This document shows positions 47,521 through 55,620 of a stretch of DNA of 64,000 bases, in pieces. Each line of letters begins with the position of its first letter. The first letter of the stretch is position 1. This DNA comes from Minisyncoccota bacterium (GTDB lineage: Bacteria > Patescibacteriota > Microgenomatia > PFEM01 > JAFGMK01): contig JAFGMK010000015.1 of assembly GCA_016927565.1 (NCBI GenBank), forward strand, positions 1,149 to 65,148, in the 5' to 3' direction. The notes beneath the pieces were generated by a model. That model did not search any database. It was given only the letters and a program-made list of their open reading frames with translations, and was not told the origin of the DNA. A program made the translations under genes and the position numbers.

Positions 47521-48105
47521 ATGAAACCAGGAATGGGGAAAGCAAATAAAACACTGCTTCTTGTATCTGCTGTTTTTATTTCTTTTTTACTTATTTTTTT
47601 AATTAAATTTTTTTTTCTTGATAATCCGGCATTTAAGAATTATGAACCGGGAGAAATTATTGTCGGATTCGGAGACAATGCTTCATATTCGGAAATTGTC
47701 GAAGCGATAGAGTCTGAGGATCTGGATTATCGCTTGGGATATCGGAATCTTGAACCCAGTGCCTTTGTTTTAATTTCTCCTGATAATTTGGAAACAATGT
47801 CCGAAAGACTGAAACAAAATAATCTGGTGGCGGCGGTGGCTCTTGCCAATAAAGACATCAAGGATAAAATGGAAGTAAAATTTATCCTCGGCACTACCAA
47901 GGCGGAAGCGGAAGAAGTGATTAATCGGGCGGGCCTGCAAGTAAACAGTTTTTACCGCTTTGCCTTTCTTACGATAAAAGTTCCTCCGGGTAAAGAGCGA
48001 TTTTATATAGATAGATTTAAAAAACTTCCTATTGTTGAGTCTGCCCAATTAAACTACCGGGTGGAAGCAGGCGGCGGCAAAGTCGAGTCTTTGCCCGTGA
48101 TGTAA
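47521..48105 (+). CDS. Hypothetical membrane-anchored protein with two tandem small alpha/beta domains (possibly peptidase-propeptide/I9-like fold)
   Basis: N-terminal TM helix. Two repeats of a pattern (GEIIVGFGDN...; MEVKFILGTTKAEAEEV...LTIKVPPGK...PIVESAQLNY) reminiscent of subtilisin propeptide/inhibitor I9 domains. Pattern match only. Confidence 0.35.
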   Translation: MKPGMGKANKTLLLVSAVFISFLLIFLIKFFFLDNPAFKNYEPGEIIVGFGDNASYSEIVEAIESEDLDYRLGYRNLEPSAFVLISPDNLETMSERLKQNNLVAAVALANKDIKDKMEVKFILGTTKAEAEEVINRAGLQVNSFYRFAFLTIKVPPGKERFYIDRFKKLPIVESAQLNYRVEAGGGKVESLPVM

Positions 48106-48174
48106 ACAGCAAAAATTCCCTTTTCCTGCTTGAACTCTACAAATCAATCTTTTTTTCTGCTAAAATGGCGCTAT

Positions 48175-51036
48175 ATGTCCAGAAAAAAAGGTTATTTTAA
48201 ACCCGTTCCCCCGAAAATTGACTTTCCCGAATTGGAAGAGAAAATCCTTAAGTTTTGGCAGAAAAACAAAATTTTTGAAAAATCGATTAAACAACGCTCG
48301 GCAGAGAGGCCTTATTCTTTTTATGACGGTCCGCCCTTTATTACCGGCTTGCCTCATTACGGCCATCTGACCGGCTCGATCGCCAAAGATCTGATTCCCC
48401 GTTACCAGACGATGAAAGGTAAAAGAATCCGCCGGGTTTGGGGATGGGACTGTCATGGTTTACCGGTAGAGGAAAAAACTGAAAGGAAGCTCGGTTTGGC
48501 CAATCGGCGGGCGATTGAAAAGATCGGTATAAAAAGGTTCGTTAAGGAATGCCGAATTTATGTTTCGGAAACTTCAGCCGAATGGAATTGGTATATCAAT
48601 CGGATTGCCCGCTGGGTTGATATGGAAAATGCTTATAAAACGATGGATCTCCATTATATGGAGTCGGTTATTTGGGCTTTTAAGAAGCTTTACGATCAGG
48701 GTTTAGTCTATAAAGGTCTGAAAACCTTGCTTTATTGCTCTCGCTGCGGGACGCCGGTTTCCAAGTTTGAAATTGCGATGGATGACAGCTATGCCGATAT
48801 GGAAGATCCGGCGGTGACAGTTGAATTTCCGATTGTTTCCCCGGGCAAATTTCAGGGAGTCCGGGTGCTGGCCTGGACGACTACTCCCTGGACTCTTCCT
48901 TCAAATCGGGCTTTGGTGATAGATCCTGGGAAAGACTATATCCTGTTTAAATCAAAAGACCCCGAGGCGGTTTATTTGGCGGCTCGGGAACGTCTTAAAG
49001 CGGTTTTAAAGGAAGATCGGCTTCGGATGATTAAAAAGGTAAAAGGAGCAAAATTAATTGGCCTTTCTTATTTACCGCCGTTTGATTATTTTCCTTCCAA
49101 TTCAAAGGATTTTAAAATTTACGCTTTTCCGGGAATGGTTAATATGGAGGAGGGAACCGGAATTGTCCATTCAGCGCCGGGTTTTGGTGAAATCGATACC
49201 CGGATGGGTCTGAAATATGGTTTGACAATGATGTTCAGCGTTGATGATGAGGGTAAATTTGTCAAGGAGGTAAAAGATTTTAAGGGTTTATATGTCAAAA
49301 AAGCTGATCCTTTAATCATTGATAATCTTAAAAAAAGAAATCTTCTTTTCAGAAGCGAAAAGATCGTTCATCGTTATCCTTATTGTTACCGCTGCCGGAC
49401 GCCGCTTCTGCAAAAAGCGGTTAAAGCCTGGTTTGTAAGGGTTAAAAAAATTAAAAAAAGAATGCTGATTTTAAATAAAAATGTTAATTGGGTACCGGCT
49501 CATTTTAAGGAGGGCCGGTTTAAAAATATTATTGCTGAAGCCCCTGACTGGTGTCTTTCCCGAACCCGTTATTGGGCGACAGTGATGCCGATATGGGAGT
49601 GCGAAAAGTGCCGGACCTTAAAAGTGGTGGGTTCAGTTAAAGAAATCGAAGAAAATTCAACACAGCCGGTCAAAATAACTGATCTGCATCGGCCGGCAGT
49701 CGACCCGATTGTTTTTAAGTGCCCGAAGTGTCAGGGTTTGATGAGGCGGATTCCGGAGGTGCTTGATGTCTGGTTTGAGTCGGCTTCAATGCCTTACGGA
49801 GAACGCCATTATCCCTTTGAAAACAAAGCTGCTTTTGAAAAATCTTTTCCGGCTGACTATATTGTCGAATATACCGGCCAGCTTCGAGCCTGGTTTTATT
49901 ATCTTCATGTTCTCTCGACTGCTCTTTTTGACTCCAACTGTTTTAAAAATGTAGTGGTTACCGGTGTTATGGCCGGAACTGACGGCCGAAAAATGAGTAA
50001 AAGTTTTGGTAACTACCCCGATCCGAGGGAAGTTTTGGAAAAATATGGCGGAGATGCTCTCCGGCTTTATCTAATGGGAACCAGATTGATGGTTGGGGAA
50101 GATATTAATATCACTAAAGGGGAAGAGCTTTACGAACAAGTAAAGAATACTCTTTTGCCTTTTTGGCATTCTTATAAATTTTTGGTGACTCAGGCTCTCC
50201 TTTTCAGGTTTAAACCGGAGAAAAAGAAACTGATTCTGTCACAAACTTTAAATCGCTGGCTAAAGGCGAGGACCCAGCAATTTATTAATCAAACTGATCA
50301 GTTTTTGTCATCATATCAGATTCCTCAAGCTGTTCGCTTGATAAGACCGCTTATTGAGGACCTTTCAACTTGGTATATCAGGCGGAGCCGGGACAATCTC
50401 AGTCGGGGAGACGGCGAGTCATTGCAGCTTCTCTATCAGGTTCTGGAGAAATTATCCCGGGCTTCCGCGCCAATAATGCCTTTTATTACCGAGGCAATCT
50501 ACCAGAATCTTTTTGAGCCTTTTTGCCCGAAAGGCAACTCTTCAGTTCATCTTTGCGATTTTCCCAAATTAAGGCCTTTGACTAAGTTTGAAAAAGATTT
50601 ACTGGTTCAAATGGATCTTGTTCGAGAAATTTGTTCCCGGGCTCATGCCATTAGAAAAAAGAAAAATCTCAAGGTGAGACAGCCTCTTTCCCGACTGAGC
50701 TATTATTGGCCGGAAAAATTGGGAAAAAGTCTTGAGAAATTAATTGCCGAGGAAGTGAACGTTAAGGAAGTAGTCTGGAAAGAAAAGATGGCAAAAATTC
50801 CCGGGGTTCGTTTAGTCACTCGATTAAACGGGCGGCTGATAGCTGAAGGGAAGGCCAGAGATTTAATCCGGGCGATTCAAAAGCTGAGAAAAGAGGCCGG
50901 TTGTCGTCTGGATGAGCCGGTTGAGGTGGTTGTTCCCCAGATTCCCCGGGACAGGCAATTGGTGAAAATGATTCAGAAAAAGACCTTGGTCCGGAAATTA
51001 GTTTCCGGCAAAGAGTTGGCAGTTAAAAGATTTTGA
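48175..51036 (+). CDS. ileS: Isoleucine--tRNA ligase (start set to ATG 48175, MSRKKGYFKP...)
   Basis: HIGH-class motif PHYGHLTGS and KMSKS (GRKMSKSFGN). CP1 editing domain, about 950 aa. Confidence 0.9.
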   Translation: MSRKKGYFKPVPPKIDFPELEEKILKFWQKNKIFEKSIKQRSAERPYSFYDGPPFITGLPHYGHLTGSIAKDLIPRYQTMKGKRIRRVWGWDCHGLPVEEKTERKLGLANRRAIEKIGIKRFVKECRIYVSETSAEWNWYINRIARWVDMENAYKTMDLHYMESVIWAFKKLYDQGLVYKGLKTLLYCSRCGTPVSKFEIAMDDSYADMEDPAVTVEFPIVSPGKFQGVRVLAWTTTPWTLPSNRALVIDPGKDYILFKSKDPEAVYLAARERLKAVLKEDRLRMIKKVKGAKLIGLSYLPPFDYFPSNSKDFKIYAFPGMVNMEEGTGIVHSAPGFGEIDTRMGLKYGLTMMFSVDDEGKFVKEVKDFKGLYVKKADPLIIDNLKKRNLLFRSEKIVHRYPYCYRCRTPLLQKAVKAWFVRVKKIKKRMLILNKNVNWVPAHFKEGRFKNIIAEAPDWCLSRTRYWATVMPIWECEKCRTLKVVGSVKEIEENSTQPVKITDLHRPAVDPIVFKCPKCQGLMRRIPEVLDVWFESASMPYGERHYPFENKAAFEKSFPADYIVEYTGQLRAWFYYLHVLSTALFDSNCFKNVVVTGVMAGTDGRKMSKSFGNYPDPREVLEKYGGDALRLYLMGTRLMVGEDINITKGEELYEQVKNTLLPFWHSYKFLVTQALLFRFKPEKKKLILSQTLNRWLKARTQQFINQTDQFLSSYQIPQAVRLIRPLIEDLSTWYIRRSRDNLSRGDGESLQLLYQVLEKLSRASAPIMPFITEAIYQNLFEPFCPKGNSSVHLCDFPKLRPLTKFEKDLLVQMDLVREICSRAHAIRKKKNLKVRQPLSRLSYYWPEKLGKSLEKLIAEEVNVKEVVWKEKMAKIPGVRLVTRLNGRLIAEGKARDLIRAIQKLRKEAGCRLDEPVEVVVPQIPRDRQLVKMIQKKTLVRKLVSGKELAVKRF

Positions 51037-51042
51037 AAAAAA

Positions 51043-52107
51043 ATGTCTTCCGGGTTTAATTGGCTGATTCTCGTCTTAGTAATAATTCTGTTTATTTTTA
51101 GTCTGGCGCTTATTTTTAGTCTGGCGCCGGCGGATTTAGCCTTTCATGCTCTCTCGGTTTTGATCGGGCTGATCGGTTTCGGGGTGGCCAGTCGGATTGA
51201 CTATCGGCTACTGGATCGCTTTTCGGGCTGGCTGTTTTTTTTAACCAGCTCTTTTTTGCTGATAACTTTGTTTTTAGGGAGCCGGACTCGCCAGACGTTG
51301 CGCTGGATTAAACTTGGGTCTTTAACTTTTCAGCCTTCAGAGATAGTTAAGCCTTTTTTAATTTTGATTTTTGCTTCGTTGGCGGCTCGATCCAACTGGT
51401 CGTTCAAAGATTTTCTCATATCCTTGGCTGCTCTTATTTTGCCGGCTTTTCTTATTTTCCGGCAGCCTGATTTGAGCAGTGCTTTGATGATTGCTTTGGT
51501 TTGGCTGGTTATTTTTGTTTTCAGATTGAATAAAAAACAGCTGATTTTGTTGGGTTTTATTTCGCTGGTCGGAATTTTAGGAGGAAAATTTATCCTGAAA
51601 GATTATCAGGCAGATCGGATTTTCGGCTTTTTAAACCCTCAAGAAGACCCCTTGGGAATCAATTATCACTTAATCCAATCAAGAATTGCGGCCGGCTCCG
51701 GTAAGTTTTTCGGCCGGGGTTTGTTTCGGGGAACTCAGTCTCACCTTAGGTTTTTACCGGAAAGACAAAGCGATTTTATCTTTGCTTCTTTGGCCGAAGA
51801 GTTGGGTTTTGTAGGTTCGATTTCTCTTTTGACAATTTATTTTTTCTTGTTGGCCCAGATTCTAAAAACGGCTCGCCGGGCGAGCGATGAGTTTGGTTTT
51901 TTTATCTGTCTTGGCGTTTTCGGTCTTTTTTTCGGTCAGATATTTATCAACGTCGGCATGAATTTAGGCCTTTTGCCGGTAACCGGGATAACTTTGCCTC
52001 TAATTTCTTCGGGAGGTAGTTCTATTTTGGGCTTGATGATGGGTTTGGGGTTAGTGGAGAGTGTGGCCGGACGGGTAAAACCGGAAAGATGGATTGAAAT
52101 CAAATAA
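51043..52107 (+). CDS. rodA: SEDS-family protein RodA/FtsW paralog
   Basis: Second SEDS protein (QSDFIFASLAEELGFVGS motif), not in the dcw cluster. Confidence 0.7.
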   Translation: MSSGFNWLILVLVIILFIFSLALIFSLAPADLAFHALSVLIGLIGFGVASRIDYRLLDRFSGWLFFLTSSFLLITLFLGSRTRQTLRWIKLGSLTFQPSEIVKPFLILIFASLAARSNWSFKDFLISLAALILPAFLIFRQPDLSSALMIALVWLVIFVFRLNKKQLILLGFISLVGILGGKFILKDYQADRIFGFLNPQEDPLGINYHLIQSRIAAGSGKFFGRGLFRGTQSHLRFLPERQSDFIFASLAEELGFVGSISLLTIYFFLLAQILKTARRASDEFGFFICLGVFGLFFGQIFINVGMNLGLLPVTGITLPLISSGGSSILGLMMGLGLVESVAGRVKPERWIEIK

Positions 52108-52129
52108 AACGAATGCTATAATCTCTTTT

Positions 52130-52453
52130 ATGTCAAACGCAAAGTGGGCTATTTTGAAGTTTCAGGGCAAACAGTACAAAGTGAAAGAGGGCGATGAGCT
52201 TGATTTGGCTAACATTGACCTTGAGGAAGGAAAAGAAATCAAGTTCGAGCAGATCTTGGTTTTGGTTCAAGATGATAAAATTGCCATTGGCCAGCCGATG
52301 TTGTCGAAGGTTGTGGTTCAGGGTAAGGTGATTGGCCATCAGAAAGGGAAAAAAATCAGAGTTGCCACCTACAGGGCCAAATCACGCTATCGGCGGGTAA
52401 AAGGCTTTCGTTCCCGTCTTACTCGAGTCAGGATTGAAAAAATTATCAATTGA
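52130..52453 (+). CDS. rplU: 50S ribosomal protein L21 (start moved to ATG 52130)
   Basis: WAILKFQGKQYKVKEGDEL matches the L21 N-terminus (AVIKTGGKQYKV...). The longer ORF would overlap rodA. Confidence 0.85.
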   Translation: MSNAKWAILKFQGKQYKVKEGDELDLANIDLEEGKEIKFEQILVLVQDDKIAIGQPMLSKVVVQGKVIGHQKGKKIRVATYRAKSRYRRVKGFRSRLTRVRIEKIIN

Positions 52454-52480
52454 CACCCGTGAAAATTTCTGTTTTAATGA
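52451..52480 (+). promoter_or_regulatory. Candidate sigma70 promoter upstream of rpmA
   Basis: TTGACA (52451-52456), 17-nt spacer, TTTAAT, then an AGAGGGAG RBS before the rpmA ATG at 52496. Confidence 0.3.
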
Positions 52481-52495
52481 AAAAGAGGGAGAGTT

Positions 52496-52741
52496 ATGTC
52501 TAAGACAAAAGCGGGCGGTAAAACCAGACAAAAACCAACCCGGCCGGGCCAGCGCTTAGGGGTAAAAATTTATGGCGGCCAGAAAGTGATTGCCGGGAAC
52601 ATCATTGTCAGGCAGAGAGGAACTAAGTTTCACGCCGGCAAAGATGTCGGTTTAGGTCGGGATCATACTCTTTTTGCCCTTAAAGAAGGCAAGGTGAGTT
52701 TTGGAATTAGCAAGGGAAAGAAGATGGTTTCGGTAATTTAA
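52496..52741 (+). CDS. rpmA: 50S ribosomal protein L27
   Basis: [29 protein letters not shown] is a near-consensus L27 N-terminus. Confidence 0.9.
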   Translation: MSKTKAGGKTRQKPTRPGQRLGVKIYGGQKVIAGNIIVRQRGTKFHAGKDVGLGRDHTLFALKEGKVSFGISKGKKMVSVI

Positions 52742-52750
52742 AAGACAAAA

Positions 52751-53584
52751 GTGGCAGGCGCAGACCAAAAAATTGTTCAAATAGCAGTTGAGGAGCTTCA
52801 GGCTAATCCGCTTCAGCCTCGTGGTCAGATAACTCCCGAGTCTCTGGTTGATCTGGTTGATTCAATTAAGCAGCACGGAGTTTTGGAACCTCTAGTAGTA
52901 GCCAAAACACCGGCCGGATATCAAATTATTGCCGGTGAACGCCGCTGGCGGGCTTCCCGGATTGCGGGTTTGGAAACAGTGCCGGTAGTGATTAAGGAAA
53001 CCACTCCTCAGGGAATGCTGGAGATGGCTTTAGTAGAGAATGTTCAGCGGACTGATCTTAATCCTCTGGAAAGGGCTCAGGCTTTTGAAAGGCTGATGAA
53101 TGAATTCCACCTAACTAATAAAGAGATTGCGAAGCGGATCGGCAAGAGTGCGGCTTATATTTCAAACTCGCTTAGACTGCTTACCCTGCCGGATGCCTTG
53201 AAAGACGGCTTGCTGCAGAGCTTAATAACTGAGGGCCATGCTCGGGCGCTGGCGGCAGTAAATGATCCGCGGCTGATGGTGGAAGCATATAAAATTGTTT
53301 TAAAAAACTCGAGTTCGGTGAGAAAAACCGAGGATTTGGCCCGGCGGATGAGGAAAGTAGAAGGAAATTCACCCACCGGTCAGAGAGGAAAAAAACCTTT
53401 TGTGGTTGACGATTCAATTGATCAATTAATGGAGCAAATGCACCAGGCCCTTGGGGGAGGAGAAAAAATAAAAGTAAAACTTACCCGCTCCCGGGCTGAA
53501 ACTAAAATTTTGATTCATCTGAAGGGTGATCTGGAAGCAACCGAAAAAACACTTCAGCGGATTGTCAAAGGCATTTGCATCTAA
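52751..53584 (+). CDS. parB: ParB/Spo0J-family partition or nucleoid-associated protein (GTG start); no parA nearby
   Basis: ParB N-terminal box LQPRGQITPESLVDLVDSIKQHGVLEPLVV...IIAGERRWRA (GERRxRA motif) and an HTH region. Confidence 0.8.
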   Translation: MAGADQKIVQIAVEELQANPLQPRGQITPESLVDLVDSIKQHGVLEPLVVAKTPAGYQIIAGERRWRASRIAGLETVPVVIKETTPQGMLEMALVENVQRTDLNPLERAQAFERLMNEFHLTNKEIAKRIGKSAAYISNSLRLLTLPDALKDGLLQSLITEGHARALAAVNDPRLMVEAYKIVLKNSSSVRKTEDLARRMRKVEGNSPTGQRGKKPFVVDDSIDQLMEQMHQALGGGEKIKVKLTRSRAETKILIHLKGDLEATEKTLQRIVKGICI

Positions 53585-54168
53585 GACGAATTAGTAAATT
53601 CGTATTCTTCCTTTTTGATTTTTCCGATTTTATTAAGCGGCCAATAACGAAGCCAGACGCGCCCGACTAAATTTTCTTTGGGAACCGGACCCCACTCGCG
53701 TGAATCAGAGCTGTGTTCCCGGTTATCTCCCATTACCAGATATTGATCCGGCTCGAGAGTAAAGGATTGATTGTTTTTAAAAAGCTGGCCGGCTCGGGTG
53801 ACAAAGCTTTCCGGCAGATAAATTTCTTCTAATTTTTGCCCGTTGATAAAAATCTGATTGTTTTGGATTTTAATTTCCTCGCCGGGAAGGCCGATGATTC
53901 TCTTGATATAATCAAAGCGGGTATCGACCGGAGCCTTAAAAACGACGACATCGCCGCGCGAGGGTTCTTTGAGGCGATAGGTTATTTTGTCGGTGATCAA
54001 GAACTGTCCGTGTTCAAAATTAGGCAGCATCGAGTTGCCTTTGACTTCATGAGGTTGAAGAATAAAAAGATAAACAACTACAAAGATCGAAAGGGCAATA
54101 ACGCCGGTTTCAACGATATCTAAAAAGAACAGGCTGATCCTTCTGATGATTTTCAAAAGCAATTTCAT
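53581..54168 (-). CDS. lepB: Signal peptidase I (LepB)
   Basis: N-terminal TM helix. Catalytic Ser region GNSMLPNF (SMxP), RGDVVVF, and Lys/GDNR box (VMGDNREHSSDSR). Confidence 0.85.
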   Translation of the reverse strand: MKLLLKIIRRISLFFLDIVETGVIALSIFVVVYLFILQPHEVKGNSMLPNFEHGQFLITDKITYRLKEPSRGDVVVFKAPVDTRFDYIKRIIGLPGEEIKIQNNQIFINGQKLEEIYLPESFVTRAGQLFKNNQSFTLEPDQYLVMGDNREHSSDSREWGPVPKENLVGRVWLRYWPLNKIGKIKKEEYEFTNSS

Positions 54169-54209
54169 TTCAATTTAATTATATTTTTTCAGAGTTTGTT
54201 TGGCAAGAT

Positions 54210-54221
54210 GAGAAGTGATAA
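54210..54221 (+). promoter_or_regulatory. Extended -10 promoter element (TGaTAAAAT) 14 nt upstream of tRNA-Val
   Basis: GTGATAAAAT at 54211-54220, directly before the tRNA 5' end at 54236. Confidence 0.3.
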
Positions 54222-54235
54222 AATCAGTTTGAATT

Positions 54236-54307
54236 GGGCTCGTGGCTCAGGGGTAGAGCGTTCCGTTCACATCGGAAAGGTCGATGGTTCGAATCCATCC
54301 GGGCCCA
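54236..54307 (+). tRNA. tRNA-Val (anticodon CAC)
   Basis: Hand-folded cloverleaf. Acceptor GGGCTCG/CGGGCCC (one GU pair), D-stem GCTC/GAGC, anticodon stem TTCCG/CGGAA with loop TTCACAT (anticodon CAC). T-arm GATGG-TTCGAAT-CCATC, discriminator A. No encoded CCA. Confidence 0.8.
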
Positions 54308-54430
54308 CAATAAAATTGCGGTGTCCGGATGAGACGAGAACCATTCACAGGCGGAGGAGAGATTGAGATTTTTGACTTGCTTGAATAACAAATGTTTCTC
54401 AACAAGTTAAAAAGGCCTTTTCGAGGCGTC

Positions 54431-54452
54431 TTCGAATCCATCCGGGCCCACA
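54431..54452 (+). repeat. Direct repeat copy 2 of tRNA-Val 3' end (att-like core)
   Basis: Exact 22-nt identity to tRNA positions 54288-54309. Confidence 0.8.
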
Positions 54453-54679
54453 ATTTTGAAGAATTTGAGCCGCCGCAAAAATAAAGAAAAAAAATAGCAA
54501 AATTTTAAAGAACTAAAACTTAAAGTCGAAGAATCCCCGCCGAAGGGAATTCTTCGACTTTGCTCAGGATGACAGTGAGAAAATTATCACTCAACAGCCT
54601 CAGTAAAGTTTTGCGGAACTCTTGAAACTAAAATTTATATATATCTTTAAAAAAGTGCGAAAATAGAAAGGCGGAAATT

Positions 54680-55516
54680 ATGGATCAATTAGAACAACCT
54701 CGACCCGCAAGAACCGAGAAGAGTAGTTCTGCTTTTGCTGTAATGTTAGAGGCTTTACGAGCACAGGAGAGCAGACTAGCTTTATTAGGACAAAGAGATG
54801 CAAGAGCTACTCGTGTATTTCAAGATTATCATCTCCCTGGGCAGGAATTTACAAGACAACAAGATGGAAAACAAGTGGAAGTGGTTAGGGGTTTAGTCGA
54901 CCCCGAAGAATATGCCATTCTCGTAAATAAATATAATGGTGGAGCTCAATTGCTAAAAATAGTAGATGAAGATCAAAAAGCATTAGCTGAGGGTTGGAAA
55001 ACAATTGGGCTGAAAGGTGAACCGCCCTTACATTCTTCTTTGGAAATTATTGTTGGCAATATAAACGATCCAAAAACTTGTTATAGGTATAAGGTTTTAG
55101 ATGCGCGCTCGACGGATGATTCTACCGGAGTAGTTATTACGGTTCAACAAAACATTGAACACGAAAGAGAAGGAGGGGCATTTATGCCATTTAGAGTTTC
55201 GGCTGGGAAAGAAAAGCCAGAACTAAGAGGAGAAACTTCCGTTCGCGACACTCCCCCATTATCAATGGCGGTGGTAAGCGACAGCGGGTTTACTGATTCT
55301 CAAAGAAGGTTAATGAGAAAAGATAATTTCCCACCTAAACTAGCGCTTGGAAGACGAACTGGAAGTCTAATAGCCCATCAACGAGTCCCTGAGGGAATGA
55401 CAAGATTTGCAGACGATGTCGCTAATTTAGAGATAGATTTACAAAGAGATAATCTCTGGGTAGTGGCGATAAGCGGAGACGCTGTAGAAGCCCAATGTAA
55501 AGCATTAAAATTGTGA
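54680..55516 (+). CDS. Hypothetical protein of foreign origin (no recognisable domain)
   Basis: Codon usage differs from neighbours: AGA Arg, TTA/CTA Leu and A-ending Ala/Gln codons, versus CGG/CGC Arg and CTT/TTG Leu in flanking genes. It is flanked by the att-like repeats. Confidence 0.5.
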   Translation: MDQLEQPRPARTEKSSSAFAVMLEALRAQESRLALLGQRDARATRVFQDYHLPGQEFTRQQDGKQVEVVRGLVDPEEYAILVNKYNGGAQLLKIVDEDQKALAEGWKTIGLKGEPPLHSSLEIIVGNINDPKTCYRYKVLDARSTDDSTGVVITVQQNIEHEREGGAFMPFRVSAGKEKPELRGETSVRDTPPLSMAVVSDSGFTDSQRRLMRKDNFPPKLALGRRTGSLIAHQRVPEGMTRFADDVANLEIDLQRDNLWVVAISGDAVEAQCKALKL

Positions 55517-55565
55517 TGAGTACCACTGAAGAATAGGTAGATTTTCTACTGAAAATCAGGAAAAT

Positions 55566-55603
55566 TAAAAGACAAAAAACTGATTCGAAGCGTCTTCGAA
55601 TCC
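55566..55603 (-). terminator. Rho-independent terminator for the minus-strand methyltransferase gene, overlapping att-like repeat copy 3
   Basis: On the minus strand: hairpin GATTCGAAG-ACG-CTTCGAATC (9-bp perfect stem, 55583-55603) followed by AGTTTTTTGTCTTTT. Confidence 0.45.
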
Positions 55604-55616
55604 ATCCGGGCCCACA
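55595..55616 (+). repeat. Direct repeat copy 3 of tRNA-Val 3' end (att-like core)
   Basis: Exact 22-nt identity to tRNA positions 54288-54309; 27-nt identity to copy 2 including the upstream GCGTC. Confidence 0.8.
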
Positions 55617-55620
55617 GGAT

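Larger units (their letters stand above)
54308..55616 (+). mobile_element. Integrase-less mini-island / integration scars bounded by direct repeats of the tRNA-Val 3' end
   Basis: The 22-nt core TTCGAATCCATCCGGGCCCACA appears three times: 54288-54309 (inside the tRNA), 54431-54452 and 55595-55616. Copies 2 and 3 share an extended 31/32-nt match (tcgaRGCGTCTTCGAATCCATCCGGGCCCACA). The enclosed ORF has atypical codon usage. Confidence 0.5.

Noticed and set aside
48106-48174. Possible T-box leader upstream of ileS
   Set aside because: The leader is only about 70 nt, far too short for a T-box riboswitch (about 250 nt), and no specifier/antiterminator pattern (AGGGUGGNACCGCG) is visible.
52441-52470. 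parS-like site near parB (CCCGTGAAAAT)
   Set aside because: It matches only the CGTGAAA half of the parS consensus. The partner half-site is absent, and the sequence is better explained as part of the rpmA promoter.
54308-54430. A second, degenerate tRNA in the 116-bp segment before repeat copy 2
   Set aside because: Only the 3' acceptor/T-loop half is present. The would-be T-stem 5' strand (GCGTC) cannot pair with CCATC, and no D-arm or anticodon arm can be drawn, so it is a recombination scar rather than a gene.
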